Shown: positions 43,731-63,800 of the stretch, in pieces | How the letters are laid out: each line of letters begins with the position of its first letter | How positions within the stretch are numbered: position 1 is the first letter of the stretch | Assembly: GCA_009914755.4 (NCBI GenBank) | Contig: CP068257.2 | Span: forward strand, 6,112,001 to 6,176,000 | Length of the DNA: 64,000 nt | From: the human T2T-CHM13v2.0 reference genome, Homo sapiens | Direction of reading: 5' to 3' | Translations under genes and position numbers: made by a program | Notes under the pieces: model-generated | What the model saw: only the letters and a program-made list of their open reading frames with translations | Told to the model about the DNA's origin: nothing | The model's database searches: none

Positions 43731-46700
43731 AAACATCTCTGAACTGATCAACAAAGTGATGAAACACTTGTCTAGGCTCTGCCTACAGGGGCTTTTTGTC
43801 ATATCTCTGCACTGATCACCCTGGTGATGTAACTCTTTTCTTGGATCTGCCTATGGGGGCATTGTGACATATTTCTGCACTGATCACCCAGGTGATGAGA
43901 CTCTTGTCTAGGCTCTGTGTATGGGGGCATTGTGACATATCTCTGCACTGATCACACAGGTGAGGTAACGCTTCACTACGCTCTGCCTACGGGACCTAGT
44001 GATATATCGCTGCATTGATCACTGAGGTGATGTAACTCTTGTCCAGGCTCTGCCTATAGGGGGCCTTGTGACATATCTCTGCACTGATCATGTAGGTGAT
44101 GTAACACTTGCATATGCTCTGCCTGCAGGGGCATTGTGAAATATCTCTGCACTGATCACTCAGGTGATGGGACTCTTCTCTAGGCTCTGCCTACTCGGGA
44201 CATTGTCACATATTTCTGCACTGATCACCCAGGTGACCGACTCTTGTCTTGGATTTCCTATGGGGGCATTGTGACATATCTCTGCACTGATCACCCAGGT
44301 GATGTAACTCTGATGTAAGCTCTGCCTAAAGGGGCATTGTGACAGACCTCTGCACTGATCACTCAGGTGATGTAACTATTGTCTAGGCTCTGCTTAACGG
44401 GGCCTTCTCACATATCTCTGCACTGATCACCCAGGTGACATAACTCTTGTCTAGGCTTTGCTTACAGGGGGTATTGTGACATATCTCTGCACTGATCACC
44501 TAAGTGATGTAACACTTGTGTAGGCTCTGCCTACAGGGGCATTTTGACATATCTCTGCACTGGTAGCCGTGGTAATGTAACACTTGTCTAGCCCGTGCCC
44601 ACAGGGGGATTGAAACATATCTCTGCACAGATAATCCAAGAGATGTAACCCTTGTCTAGGATCTGCCAAAAGAGACTTTGTGACATAACTCTGCACTGAT
44701 CATCCAGGTGATGGGGCTTTTGTCTAGGCTCTGCCTAAGGGGACATTGTGACATATTTCTGCACTGATCACCCAGGTGACAGACTCTTGTCTTGGATCTG
44801 CCTATGGCGGCATTGTGACATATCTCTGCACTGATCACCCAGGTGATGTAACTGTTTTATAAGCTCTGCCTACAGGGGAATTGTGAGAGATCTCGCCACT
44901 GATCACCCAAGTGATGTAACTATTGTCTAGGCTTTGCCTACAGGGGGCTTTGGGACATACCTTTGCACTGATCACCCAGGTGATGTAGCTCATCTAAGTT
45001 CTGCCTACAGGAGCTTTGTGACATATGTCTGCACTGATCACTTAGGTGATGTAACACTTTTATAAGCACTGCCTACAGGGAATTTTGACAAATCTCCTCA
45101 CTGATCACCTAGGTGATGTAACTCTTGTCTACCCTCTGTCCAAAGGGGACACTGTGAAGTATCTCTGCACTGATCACCCAGGTGATTCAACTCTTGTCCA
45201 GGATCTGCCTAAAGGGGGTATTGTGAAATATCTCTGCACTGATAAACTAGGTGATGTAACTGTTTTCTGGGCTCTGCCTACAGGGGCGTGTTCACATATC
45301 CCTGAACTGACGACAAAGGTGATGTAACTCTTGCCTACGCTTTGCCTACGGGGGACATTGTGACATATCTCTGCACTGATCACCCAGGTGATGCAACTCT
45401 TCTCTATGCTCTCCCTAGAGGGGACATTGTGACATATCTCTGAACTGATCACCCAGGTGATGCCACTCTTCTCAATGTTCTGCCTACAGGGGGCATTGTG
45501 ACTAATCTCTGTACTGATCACCCAGGTGATGTAACTCTTTTATTGTCTCTGCCTACAGAGGGTGTTGTGACATCACTCTGCACGGATCACCCGGGTTATG
45601 TAACTCTTGTCTAGGCTCTGCCTATGGGGGCATTGTGACTTATCTCTGCACTGATCACCCGGGAGATGTGACTCTTGTCTAAGCTCTGCCTAGAGGGACA
45701 TTGGGACATATCTCTGCACTGATCGCTGTGGTGATGTAAAACATGTCTAGGCTTTCCCTTCAGTGGGATTTGTGACATATCTCTGCCCTGATCACCCAGG
45801 TGATGTAACTCTTGTCTAGGTTCTGCTCACAGGGGGTGTTGTGAGATATCTCTGCACTGATCACCCAGGTGATGTAACTCTTGTTAGGCTCTGCCTACAG
45901 GAGCATTTTAACATATCACTGCACCGATTACGGAGAAGATGTAACTCTTGTATAGGCTTCATCGACCAGGGTCATTGAGACATATCTCTCCACTGATCAC
46001 CGAGGTGATTCAACTCTTGTCTGGGATCTGCTTATAGGGGGCATTGTGACATATCTCTGTCCTGATCACCCAGGTGATGTAACTCTTGTCTAGGCTCTGC
46101 CTACTGGAGACATTGTGACATATCTCTGCACTGATCACCCAGGTGATGCATCTCTTGTCTAGGCTCTGCCTACTGGAGACATTGTGACATATCTCCGCAC
46201 TGATCACCCAGGTGATGTCACTTTTTTCAAGGATATGGCTACAGGGACACTGTGACATGTCACTGCACTGATCACACAGCTGATGTAACCCTTGTCTAGG
46301 CTCTGGCTACAGGGGGCTTGTGACACATCTCTGCACTGATCACCCAGGTGATGTAACCCTTGTCTAGGCTCTGCCAAAAGGGGGCTTTTTGACATAACTC
46401 TGCACTGATCACCCAGGTGATGGGACCCTTGTCTAGGCTCTGCCTACAGGGGCATTGTGACATATCTCTGCAGTGATCAAGCAGGTGATGTAACTCTTGT
46501 CTATATCTGCCTACTGGCGGCATTGTGGCATATTTCTGCACTGATCACCCAGGTGATGGACTGTTGTCTTGGATCTGCCTATGGGGGCATAGTGACATAT
46601 ATCTGCACTGTTCACTCATGTGACGTAACATTTGTCTATGCTGCACCTAAAGGGGAATTGTGACAGATATCACAACTGACCACCCAGGTGATGTAACAAT

Positions 46701-49096
46701 TTTCTGGGATTTGTCTACATTGGGCTTTGTGACATATCTTTTCACTGATCTCCCAGGAGATGTAGCTCTATTCTAGGCTCGGCCTACAGGGTCTTTGTGA
46801 CATATTTCTGCACTGATCACCTAAGTGATGTAACACTTGTGTAGGCTCTGCCTACAGGGGCATTTTGACATATCCCTGCACTGTTAACCGAGGTGATGTA
46901 ACTCTTGTCTAGGCTGTGCCCACAAGGGGATTGAGACATATCTCTTCCCTGATCCCGAGTTGATCCAACTCTTGCCTGCTCTCTGCCTACTGGGGACATT
47001 GTGACATGTCTCAGCACTGATTTCCCAGGTGCTGTAACTTTAATCTAGGCTCTGGCTACACGGCATTTTGACATATCACTGCACTGATCACCCAGGTGAT
47101 ATAACTCTTTTCTAGGCTCTGCCTACAGGGGACTTGTGACATATCTCTGCACTGATCACCCAGGTGATATAACTCTACTCTAGGATCTCCCTACAAGTTG
47201 CTTTGTGACATATCCCTGCAATGATCACCCAGGTGATATACCACTTGTCAATGCTCTGCCTACAGGGGCATTGCGATGTATCTCTGCACAGATCACCTAG
47301 GTCATGGAACTCTCGTCTAGGCTCTGCCTACAGTGGCATTGTGACATATCTCTGCACTGATCACCCAGGTGATGTAACCCTTTTCTAGTATCTGCCTACA
47401 GGGTGCTTTGTGACATAGCCCTGCAATGATCCCCTAGGTGATGTACCTCTTGTCAAAGCTCTGCCTGCATTGCGATGTATCTCTGCAATGATCACTTAGG
47501 TCATATAACCCTTGTCTAGGCTCAGCCTACAGTGGCATTGTGACATATTTTTGCACTGATCATCCAAGTGATGTAACTCTTGTCTAGGATCTGCCTAAAG
47601 GGACTTTGTGACATTACTCTGCACTGATCACCCAGGTGATGGGACTCTTGTCTAGGCTCAACCATCACGGGGTACTGTGATGTATCTCTGCACTGATCAC
47701 CCAGGTGATGTAACATTTATCTAGGCTCTGCCTACAGGGGCGTTTTGACATAGCTCTGCACAGATCACCTAGATTATGTAACTCTTGTCCACTCTCTGCC
47801 TACAGGGGGCATTGTGAAATATCCCCTCACTGATCACCCAGGTGATGGTACCCTTCTCTATAGTCTACCTAGAGAGGGATTTGTGACATTTCTCTGCACT
47901 GATCACCCAGGTGATGGAAGTCTTGTCTAGGCTCTGTCTATGGGAGCATTGTGTCAAATATCAGCAATGATCACCCAGGTGATGTAACTCTTTTCTAGGC
48001 TCTGTCTACAGGGATTTTTGGGACATATCACTTCACTGATAAGCTAGGTGATGTAAGCCTTGTATGGGCTTTGCCTACAGAAGGCTTTGTGACATACCTC
48101 TGCACTGATCTCTGAGGTGATGCAACTCTTGTCTAGGCACCGCCTACTGGGGACATTGGTACATAGCTCTGCACTGATCACCCAAGTGATGAACACTTGT
48201 CTTAGATCTGCCTACATGGACACTGTGACACATCTCTGAACTGATCAACCAAGTGATGAAACTCTTGTCTAGGCTCTGCCTACAGGGGCTTTGTGACACA
48301 TCTCTTCAATGATCACCCTGGGGAGGGAACTCTTGTCTACGCTCTGCCTGCAGGAGGCTTTATGACTTATACCTGCACTGATAACCTAGGTGATGTAACA
48401 CTTGTCTAGGCTCTGCCTACACGGGAATTCTCACATATCTCTGCACTGATCACCCGGGTGATGTATCTCCTGTCTAGGTTCAGCCTACAGGAGCGTTTTG
48501 ACATATCTCTGCACTGATCACCCAGTTGACGTAACACTTGTCTAAGCTCTGCCTACAGGGGCATTGTGACAGATCTCTCCACTGCTCACCCAGGTGATTT
48601 AACAATTGTCTTGGCTTTGCCTACAGGGGCCTTTGTGATACACATTTCCACTGATCAAGCAGGTGATGTAACCCATGTCAAGGTTCTGTTTACAGGGCTT
48701 TTGTGACATATCTCTGCACTGATCTGCCCAGGGAGGAAACACTTGTCTACACTCTACCTTCAGGACGCTTTACGACTTTTCCCTGCACTGATCACTAGGT
48801 GATGTAACACTTGTCTAGGCTCTGTCTACACGGGAATTGTCACATACTTCTACACTGATCACCTAAGTGATGTAACCCTTGTCTATGTTCAGCCTACTGG
48901 GGATTTCTGACATACCTATGCGCTGATCACCGAGGTGATGTAAATCATTTCCAGGCTTTTTGTACAGGGGACATTGTGATATATCTCTGCACTGATCACC
49001 CAAATGATGCAAATCTTCTCTGGGCTCCACAGGGAGGGGGCATTGTGACATATTTCTGAACTGATCATCCAGGAGATGTAACTATTCTCCACGCTT
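43731..49096 (-). repeat. Beta-satellite array (-), about 79 monomers
   Basis: 68-bp periodicity throughout. Confidence 0.9.
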
Positions 49097-51246
<2,150 letters not shown>

Positions 51247-53817
51247 ACACATCTCTGAACTGATCAACAAAGTGATGTAACAATTGTCTAGGCTGTTCCT
51301 GCAGGGGCTTTGTGACATATCTGTGAACTCATCGCCCAGGTGACGGGACTTTTGTCTAGGCTCTGCCTATGGGGGCATTGTGACATATCTCTACACTGAT
51401 CACCCAAGTGATGTAACTCTTGTGTTGTGTCTGCCTATGGGGTCATTGTGACATATTTCTGCAATGATCACCCAGGTGATGGGACACTTGTCTAGGCTCT
51501 GTGTATGGGGGCTTTGTGACATATCTCTGCACTGATCAGCAAGGAGATGTAACGCTTGACTAGGCTCTGCCTACGGGCATAGTGACATATCACTGCATTG
51601 ATCACTGAGCTGATGTAACTCTTGACCAGGCTCTGCCTATAGGGGGCTTGTGACATATCTCTGCACTGATCACCCAGGTGATATAACTCTTGTCTAGGGT
51701 CTGCCTACAGGGGGCTTGTGACATATCTCTGCACTGATCACCCAGGTGATATAACACTTCTCTAGGAACTGCCTACAGGATGCTTTGTGATATATCCCTG
51801 CAATGATCACCCAGGTGATATACCACTTGTCAAGGCTCTGCCTACAGGGGCATTGCGATGTATCTCTGCACTAATCACCTAGGTAATGTAACTCATGTCT
51901 AGGCTCTGCCTACAGTGCCATAGTGAAATATCTCTACACTGATCACCCAGGTGATGTAACTCTTTTCTAGTATCTGCCTACAGGTTGCTTTGTGACACGT
52001 CCCTGCAATGATCACCTACGTGATATACCACTTGTCAAGGACCTGCCTACAGGGACATTGCGATGTATCTCAACACTGATCACCAAGGTCATGTAACAGT
52101 TGTCTAGGCTCTGCCTACAGTGGCATTGTGACATATCTCTGCACTGATCACCCAGGTCATGTAACTCTTTTCTAGTATCTGCCTACAGGGTTTTTTGTGA
52201 CATATCCCTGCAATGATCAACCGGGTGATGGGGCTTTTGTCTAGGCTCTGCCTAAGGGGGCATTGTGACGTATTTCTGCACTCATCACCCAGGTGACGGA
52301 CTCTTGTCTTGGATCTGCCTATTGGGGTATTTTGAGATATCTCTGCACTGATCACCCAGGTGATGGGACTCTTGTCTAGGCTCTGCCAAAAGGGGGCATT
52401 GTGACATATCTCTGCACTGATCACCCAGGTGAAGGGACTCTTGTCTAGGCTATGCCTACAGGGGCTTTGTGATATATTTCTGCAGTGATCATGCAGGTGA
52501 TGTAACTCTTGTCTATACCTGCCTACTGGCGGCATTGCGGCATACTTCTGCACTGATCACCCAGGTGATGGACTCTTGTCTTTGATCTGCCTATGGGGCC
52601 ATAGTGACATATCTCTGCACTGATCACTCATGTGATGTAACGCTTGTATAAACTGTGCCTAAAGGGCAATTGTGACAGTTATCTCCACTGATCACCCAGG
52701 TGATGTAACAATTTTCTGGGATTTGTCTACAAGGGGCTTTGTGACATATCTTTGCACTGATCTACCAGAGATGTAACCCTTGTCTAGGCTCGGCCTACAT
52801 GGGCTTTGTGACATATTTCTGCACTGATCACCCAGGTGATGTAACTCTTGTTTAGGCTCTGCCTACAGGGGCTTTGTGACATATCCCTGCACTGATCACC
52901 CAGCTGATGTAACTCCTTTCTAGGCTCCACCTACAGGGGGTATTGTGACATATCTCTGCAGTGATCACCCAGGTGATGTAACATTTCTAGGCTCTGCCTG
53001 CAGGGGCGTTTTGACATAGCTCTGCACAGATCACCTAGGTTATGTAACTCTTGTCCACTCTCTGCCTACAGGGGCATTGTCAAATATCTCTGCACTGATC
53101 ACCCAGATGATGGGACTCTTCTCCATACTCTGCCTAGATGGGGTTTGTGACATATCTCTGCACTGATCACCCAAGTGATGGAAGTCTTGTCTAGGCTCTG
53201 TCTATGGGGGCATTGTGTCAAATATCTGCACTGATCACCCAGGTGATGTAACAATTTTCTAGGCTCGGTCTACAGGGATTTTTGTGACATATCACTGCAC
53301 TGATCACCTAGGTGATGTAAGCCTTGTATGGGCTTTGCCTACAGAAGGCTTTGTAACATATCTATGCACTGATCTCTGAGGTGATTCAACCCTTGTCTAG
53401 GCACTGCCTACAGGGGACATTGGTACATATCTCTGCACTGATCACCCAGGTGATGGACTCTTGTCTTAGATCTGCCTACATGGACATTGTGACATATCTC
53501 TGAACTGATCAGCCAAGTGATGAAACTCTTGTCTAGGCTTTGCCTACAGGGATTTTGTGACACATCTCTGCACTGATCACCCTGGGGAGGGTACTCTTGT
53601 CCATGCTCTGGCTACAGGAGGCTTTATGACTTATACCCACACTGATAACCTAGGTGATGTGACAGTTGTCTAGGCTTTGCCTACACGGGAATTCTCACAT
53701 ATCTCTGCACTGATCACCCGGGTGATGCAAATCTTCTCTAGGCTCCACAGGGAGGGGTCATTGTGACATATTTCTGAACTGATCATCCAGGAGATGTAAC
53801 TATTCTCCAGGCTTTCT
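51247..53817 (-). repeat. Beta-satellite array (-), about 38 monomers
   Basis: 68-bp periodicity throughout. Confidence 0.9.
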
Positions 53818-56513
<2,696 letters not shown>

Positions 56514-57110
56514 TGGCCACCCTTTCAGGGGCTGGAGAGACGTGAGCAACAGGCCGCCTTGCAGAGGCCAAAACCACGCGCGGAAACCAAAATCACGCCT
56601 CTGTCGTCCTGAGTGTGGCTCCTCCGTGGTCGAGGCTGTCGGCCTCGTGCTCCATTGCAGGGCTCAGCCTGGGGATGTTCGGTCTGTGAACCATTCAGGT
56701 GAAAACCCGAGGGCAACTGTAGTCCCAGTCTTTTGTCTCTGAGGAAACCGCCCATTCCCTGGGCCACGGAATCGGGGAGAATGAGTGCCCCGCCGGCCGA
56801 CGCAGCGGCTGTGGGCAGAGCCCTCAGCCCACGCCGGACACTTACCGTTTTCCCGGAGGGCGGGGGTCCCATTCTTCCCGGATGCCAAAGACCACTTTTC
56901 CTCTCTGCCTTCCTCCCTCTGTCCCGGGCTCCCTCCTGCCCGCACCCAGTCCCTGTGTCACTGTGTCTTTCCCTCCCTTCCTCCCTGCCTCCCTCCCTCC
57001 CTCCCTCCCTCCCTACTAATGTCCCTCCAACAACCTTCCGTCCCTCTAGGTCTCCTGTTCCTCTCTCCAGCTCTGCCCGCCTTCGCTCTCACCTGGAACG
57101 CTGAGCGTCC
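56514..57110. other. Unique GC-rich insert of about 600 bp, not beta-satellite, lying between D4Z4-like unit 9 and truncated unit 10; includes a (CCCT)n tract
   Basis: No 68-bp periodicity; sequence …ccaccctttcaggggctggagagacgtgagcaacaggccgcc… has no counterpart at the other unit/satellite junctions; CT-rich stretch with pure (CCCT)6 at about 56987-57010. Confidence 0.7.
56987..57010. repeat. Simple repeat (CCCT)n, about 6 units, inside a longer polypyrimidine tract
   Basis: cctccctccctccctccctccct read directly. Confidence 0.9.
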
Positions 57111-57855
57111 CCGGTGTGCCCTGGGCCTGGGGTCTGCGTTCCACCACCAGGTGCTCCTTGGTGGCAGCTGGGAGGCTGAAGGGGCACGGGCGGGTCCGCG
57201 ACGGTGGTGCGGAGGCACAGAGGAGGAGAGCCGCCAGAGTGTTGTCAGGCCTGGATGCTGTGTGGGCCCGGTGTTTAGCAGGACGGGGATCTCCACCCAG
57301 CCCAGGGGAGTACGCATTTTATGGAGGTGGGGATTGAGGGTGGGGAAGGTGTGCTCAGGCGGGGTGGGGTGGAGGAAAGGCAGGAGAGTGTTGCCCGGGC
57401 TGCTCCCACAGCCAAGGCGGCTGCCCACAAACCCGTACGTGCGCAGTAGGCGGCCCACATGCTGGTACCTGGGCCGGCTCAGGGATCCCCGGGATGCCCA
57501 GGAAAGAATGGCAGTTCTCCGCTGTTTGAGGTCTCTCACCGGGCATAGAACTAGAAGGCAGGAATCCCAGGCCAGTCAGCCCGGTGGAGGGGGCGGGGGA
57601 AGACACGCCCCTCCATAGCCAGCCAGGTGTTCCCCCCAAAAGAGAGGCCACCGCTCTGGCCCGAACCAACCCCTTCCCAACCCCGCGTCCTAAAGCTCCT
57701 CCAGCAGAGCCTGGTATTCCTCCACGCTGAGGGGTGCTTCCAGCGAGGCGGCCTCTTCCAAGGCCTCCATCTATCACCGGGCCTCCGTTTCTAGGAAATG
57801 TTGCACCTGCTGCAGAAACTCCGGGCTCCCCAGGAGCTCATCCAGCAGCAATGCA
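57111..57855 (-). repeat. Truncated D4Z4/LSau-like unit 10 (partial 3' flank plus the last ~55 DUX4-like codons) fused to beta-satellite at the same breakpoint as unit 4
   Basis: Homology to the 3' flank of other units starts about 150 bp inside the flank (…ggtctgcgttccaccaccaggtgctccttggtggcagctgggaggctg…). The 5' breakpoint is …ctcatccagcagcaatgcatcctgcagtgatcctgcagtgcatcctgcagtgatcacgcaggtgatg, the same as at 24303-24360. Confidence 0.8.
57690..57855 (-). pseudogene. DUX4L: DUX4-like C-terminal fragment (copy 10)
   Basis: Stop (cta on the + strand) at 57690-57692 followed in reverse complement by …EEYQALLEEL; the upstream gene body is absent. Confidence 0.7.
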
Positions 57856-60800
57856 TCCTGCAGTGATCCTGCAGTGCATCCTGCAGTGATCACGCAGGTG
57901 ATGAAACACTTGCCTATATCTGCCTACTGGCTGCATTGTGGCATATTTCTGCACTGATCACCCAAGTGAGGGACACTTGTCTTTGATCTGCCTATGGGAG
58001 CATAGTGACATATCTCTGCACTGATCACCTAGGTGATGTAACTATTTTCTTGGATCTGCCTACAGGGTGCTTTGGGTCATATCCCTGCAATGATTTCCCA
58101 GGTGATGTACCACTTGTCAAGGCTCTGCTTACGGGAACATTGCGAGGTATCTCTGCACTGATCACCTAGGTCATGTAACACTTGTCTAGGGTCTGCCTAC
58201 AATGGAATTGTAACATATCTCTGCACTAATCATCCTAGTGATGTAACTCTTGTCTAGGATCTGCCTAATCGAACTTTGTGACATAACTCTGAACTGATCT
58301 TCCAGGTGATGGGGCTTTTGTCTAGGCTCTGCCTAAGGGGGCATTGTGACATATTTCTGCACTGATCACCCAGGTGACGGACTCTTGTCTTGGATCTGCC
58401 TATGGGGGCATTGTGACATATCTCTGCACTGATAACACAGGTGATGTAACTGTTGTGTAAGCTCTGCCTACAGGGGAATTGTGAGAGATCTCGCCACTGA
58501 TCAACCAAGTGATGTAACCATTGTCTAAGCTTTGCCTACAGGGGGCTTTGTGACATAAGTTTGCACTGATTACCCTGGTGATGTAACTCATCTAAGTTCT
58601 GCCTACAGGAGATTTGTGACATAACTCTGCACTGATCACTTAAGTGATGTAACAGTTTTATAAGCACTGCCTACAGGGAATTTTGACAAATCTCTGCACT
58701 GATCACCTAGGTGATGGAACTCTTGTCTACCCTCTGTCCAAAGTGGGCATTGGGAAATATATCTGCACAGATCACCCAAGTGATTCAACTCTTGTCTAGG
58801 ATCTGCCAACAGGGGGTATTTTGAAATATCTCTGCACTGATCAACTAGGTGGTGTAACTCTTGTCTAGGCTCTGCCTACAGGGAGGTTTTCACATAACCC
58901 TGAACTGATGACAAAGGTGATGTAACTCTTGCCTAAGCTTTGCCTACAGGGGACATTGTGACATATATCTGCACTGATCACCCAGGTGATGCAACTCTTG
59001 CCTAGGCTTTGTCTACAGGGGACATTTTGACATATCTCTGCACTGATTACCCAGGTGATGCAACTCTTCTCTATGCTCTGCCTACAGGGGACATTGTGAC
59101 ATATCTCTGCACTGATCACCCAGGTGATGCAACTCTTCTCTATGATCTGCCTTCAGGGTACATTGTGACATATCCCTGCACTGATCACACAGGTGATGCA
59201 ACTCCTCTTTATGCTCTGCCTACAGGGGGCATTGTGACATATCTCTGCACTGATCACCCAGGTGATGTAACTCTTTTCTAGTCTCTGCCTACAGAGGACG
59301 TTGTGAAATCTCTCTGCACGGATCACCCGGGTTATGTAACTCTTTTCTAGGCTCTGCCTACGGGGGCATTGTGACTTATCTCTGCACTGATCACACAGGA
59401 GATGTGACACTTGTCTGAGATCTGCCTAGAGGGACGTTGGGACATCTCTCTGCACTGATCACTGAGGTGATGTAAAACTGATCTAGGCTTTGCCTACAGT
59501 GGGATTTGTGACATATCTCTTCACTGATCACCCAGGTGATGTAACTCTTGTCTAGGCTCTGCCTACAGGGGCGTTTTCACATATCCCTGAACTGATGACA
59601 AAGGTGATGTAACTCTTGCCTAGGCTTTGCCTACATGGGACATTGTGACATATCTCTGCACTGATCACCCAGGTGATGCAACTCTTCTCTATGCTCTGCC
59701 TACAGGGGACATTGTGACATATCTCTGCACTGATCACCCAGGTGGTGCAACTCTTCTCTATGTTCTGCCTACAGGGGCATTGTGACATATCTCTGCACTG
59801 ATCACCCAGGTGATGTAACTCTTTTCTAGTCTCTGCCTACAGAGGGCTTTGTGACATCACTCTGCAGGGATCACCCTGGTTATGTAACTCTTGTCTAGTC
59901 TCCGCCTATGGGGCATTGTGACTTATCTCTGCATTGATCACCCAGGAGGTGTGACTCATGTCTAAGCTCTGAATAGAGGGACACTGGGACATATCTCTGT
60001 TCTGATCGCTGAGGTGATGTTAAACTTGTCTACACTTTGCCTACAGTGGGATTTATGACTTATCTCTGCACTGATAACCCAGTTGATGTAACTCTTGTCT
60101 AGGCTCTGCTTACAGGGGGTATTATGAGATATCTCTGCACTAAACACCCAGGTGATGAAACTCTTGTCTAGGCTCTGCCTACAGGGGCATTTTAACATGT
60201 AACTGCACTGATCACCGAGATGATGTAACTCTTGTATAGGCTTCGCCGACAGGGGGCATTGAGACATATCTCTGCATTGATCACTGAGGTGATGCAACTC
60301 TTTTCTGGGATCTGCTTAAAGAGGGCATTGTTACATATCTCTGCCCTGATCACCCAGGTGATGTAACTCTTTTCTAGGCTCTGCCTACTGGAGACATTGT
60401 GACATATCTCCACACTGATCACCCATTTGATGTCACTTTTGTCAACGATATGGCTTCAGGGATATTGTGACATGTCACTGCACTGATCACACAGCTGATG
60501 TAACTCTTGTCTAGGCTCTGGCTACAGGGGGCTTGTGACCAATCTCTGCACTGATCACCCAGGTGATATAACCCTTGTATAGCCTCTGCCAAAATGGGGC
60601 ATTGTGACATAATTCTGCACTGATCACCCAGGTGATGGGACTCTTGTCTAGGCTCTGCCTACAGGGGCATTGTGACATATCTCTGCAGTGATCACGCAGG
60701 TGATGTAACTCTTGTCTACATCTGCCTACTGGTGGCATTGTGGCATATTTCTGCACTGATCACCCAGGTGATGGACTCTTGTCTTGGATCTGCCTATGGG

Positions 60801-63800
60801 GGCATAGTGACATGTCTCTGCCCTGATCACTCATGTGATGTAACGCTTGTCTAAGCTGTGCCTAAAGGGGAATTGTGAGAGATATCTCCACTGATCACCC
60901 TGGTGATGTAACAATTTTCTGGGATATGTCTACAGCGGGATTTGTGACATATCTTTGCACTGATCACCCAGGAGATGTAACTCTTTTCTAGGCTAGGCCC
61001 ACAGGGGCTTTGTGACATATTTCTGCAGTGGTCATCCAGGTGATGTAACTCTTGTTTAGGCTCTGCCTACATGGGCTTTGTGACATATTTCTGTACTGAT
61101 CACCGAGGTGATGTAACTCTTTTCTAAGCTCCAACTACAGGGGGTATTGTGACGTATCTCTGCAGTGATCACCCAGGTGATGTAACATTTATCTTGGCTC
61201 TGCCTACAGGGGTGTTTTGACATAGCTCTGCACAGATCACCTAGATTATGTAACTCTTGTCCAGTCTCTGCCTTCAGGGGGCTTTGGGATATATCTCTGC
61301 ACTGATCACCCAGATGATGGGACTCTTGTCTATGCTCTGCTTATAGGGGCATTGTGACTTATCTCTGCACTGATCACCCAGGAGATGTGACATTTGACTA
61401 AGCTCTGCCTAGAGGGACATTGGGACATCTCCCTGCACTGATCGCTGAGGTGATGTAAAACTTGTCTAGGCTTTGCCTACAGTGGGATGTATGACATATC
61501 TCTGCTCTGATCACCCAGGTGATGTAACCCTTGTCTGAGCTCTGCATACAGTGGCTTTGTGACATATTTCTGCACTGATCACCCAGGAGATGTAACTCTC
61601 CTTTAGGCTCTGCCTACATGGGCTTTGTGACATATTTCTGTACTGATCACCTAGGTGATGTAACTCTTGTCTAGGCTCCACCTACAGGGTGTATTGTGAC
61701 GTATCTCTGCACCAATCACCCATTTGATGTAATATTTATCTAGGCTCTGCCTACAGGGGCGTTTTGACATAGCTCTTCAAAGATCACCTAGGTTATGTAA
61801 CTCTTATCCGCTCTCTGCCAACAGGGGCATTGTGAAATATCTCTGCACTGATCACCCAGGTGATGGGACTCTTCTCTATACTCAGCGTAGAAGGGGGTTT
61901 GTGACATATCTCTGCACTGATCACCCAGGTGATGTAACTCTTGTGTAGGCTCTGCTTACAGTGGGTATTGGGACATATCTCTGAACTGATCACCTAAGTG
62001 ATGTAACACTTGTGTAGGCTCTGCCTACAGGGGCATTTTGATATATCTCTGCACTGTTACCCGAGGTGATGTAACTCATGTCCAGGCTGTGCCCACAGGG
62101 GTATTGAGACATATCTCTGCACTGATCCCGAAGTGATCCAACTCTTGCCTGGGCTGTGCCTACTGGGGTCATTGTGACATATCTCTGCACTGATCTCCCA
62201 GGTGCTGTAACTTTATTCTAGTCTCTGGTTACATGGCATTGTGACATATCACTCCACTGAACACACAGGTGATATAACTCTTGTCTAGGCTCTGCCTACA
62301 GGGGGCTTGTGACATATCTCTGCACTGATCACCCAGGTGATATAACTCTTTTCTAGGATCTCCCTACAGGGTGCTTTGTGACATATGCCTGCAATGATCA
62401 CCCAGGTGATGTACCGCTTGTCAAGGCTCTGCCTACAGGGACATTGCGATGTATCTCTGCACTGATCACCTGGGTCATGTAACTCTTGTCTAGGCTCTGC
62501 CTACAGTGGAATTGTGACATATCTCTGCACTGATCATCCAAGTGATGTAACTCTTGTCTAGGATCTGCCTAAAGGGACTTTGTGAAATAACTCTGCACTG
62601 ATCATGCAGGTGATTGGGCTTTTGTCTAGGCTCTGCCTAAGTGGGCATTGTGACATATTTCTGCACTGATCACCCAGGTGACGGACTCTTGTCTTGCATC
62701 TGCTTATGGGGGTATTGTGACATATTGATGCACTGATCACCCAGGTGATGTAAATGTTGTATAAGCCCTGCCTACAGGGGAATTGTGAGAGATCTCGCCA
62801 CTGATCACCCAACTGATGTAACTATTGTCTAGGCTTTGCCTACATAGGGCCTTGTGACATACCTTTGCACTGATCTCCCAGGTGATATAACTCATCTAAT
62901 TTATGCCTACAGGAGCTTTGTGACATATCTCTGCACTGATAACTTAGGTGATGTAACACTTTTATAAGCACTGCCTACAGGGAATTTTGACAAATCACTG
63001 CACTGATCACCCAGGTGATGTAACTCTTTTCTAGGATCTGACTACAGGGTGTTTTGTGACGTATCCCTGCAATGATAACCCATTTGGTGTACCACTCTTC
63101 AAGGTTCGGCCTACAGGGACATTGTGATGTATCTCTGCACTGATCACCTAGGTCATGTAACTCTTGTCTAGGCTCTGTCTACAGTGGCATTGTGACATAT
63201 CTCTGCACTGATCATCCAAGTGATGCAACTCTTGTCTAGGATCTGCCTAAAGGGACTTTGTGACATAACTCTGCACTGATCATCCAGGTGATGGGGCTTT
63301 TTTCTAGGTTCTGCCTAAGGGGGCATTGTGACATATATCTGCACTGATCACCCAGGTGACAATCTCTTGTCTTGAATCTGCCTATGGGGGCATTGTGATG
63401 TATCTCTGCACTGATCACCCAGGTGATGTAACTGTTGTATAAGCTCTGCCTACAGGGGAACTGTGAGAGATCTCGCCACTGATCACCCCAGTGAATTAAC
63501 TATTGTCTAGGCTTTGCCTCCAGGGGGCTTTGTGACATACATTTGCACTGATCACCCAGGTGATGTAACTCATCTAAGTTCTGCTTACAGGAGCTTTGTG
63601 ACATATCTCTGCACTGATCACTTAGGTTATATAACACTTTTATAAGCACTGCCTAAAGGGAATTTTGACAAATCTCTGCACTGATCACCTAGGTGATGTA
63701 AATCTTGTCCTCCCTCTGCCCAAAGGGTGCATTGTGAAATATCTCTGCACTGATCACCCTGGTGATTCAACTCTTGTCTAGGATCTGCCTACAGGGGGTA

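Noticed and set aside
56514-57110. The 277-aa ORF 56785..57618+ spanning the unique insert
   Set aside because: It runs across a (CCCT)n tract and GC-rich DNA and continues into D4Z4-like flank in a non-DUX frame. It has no recognisable domain.
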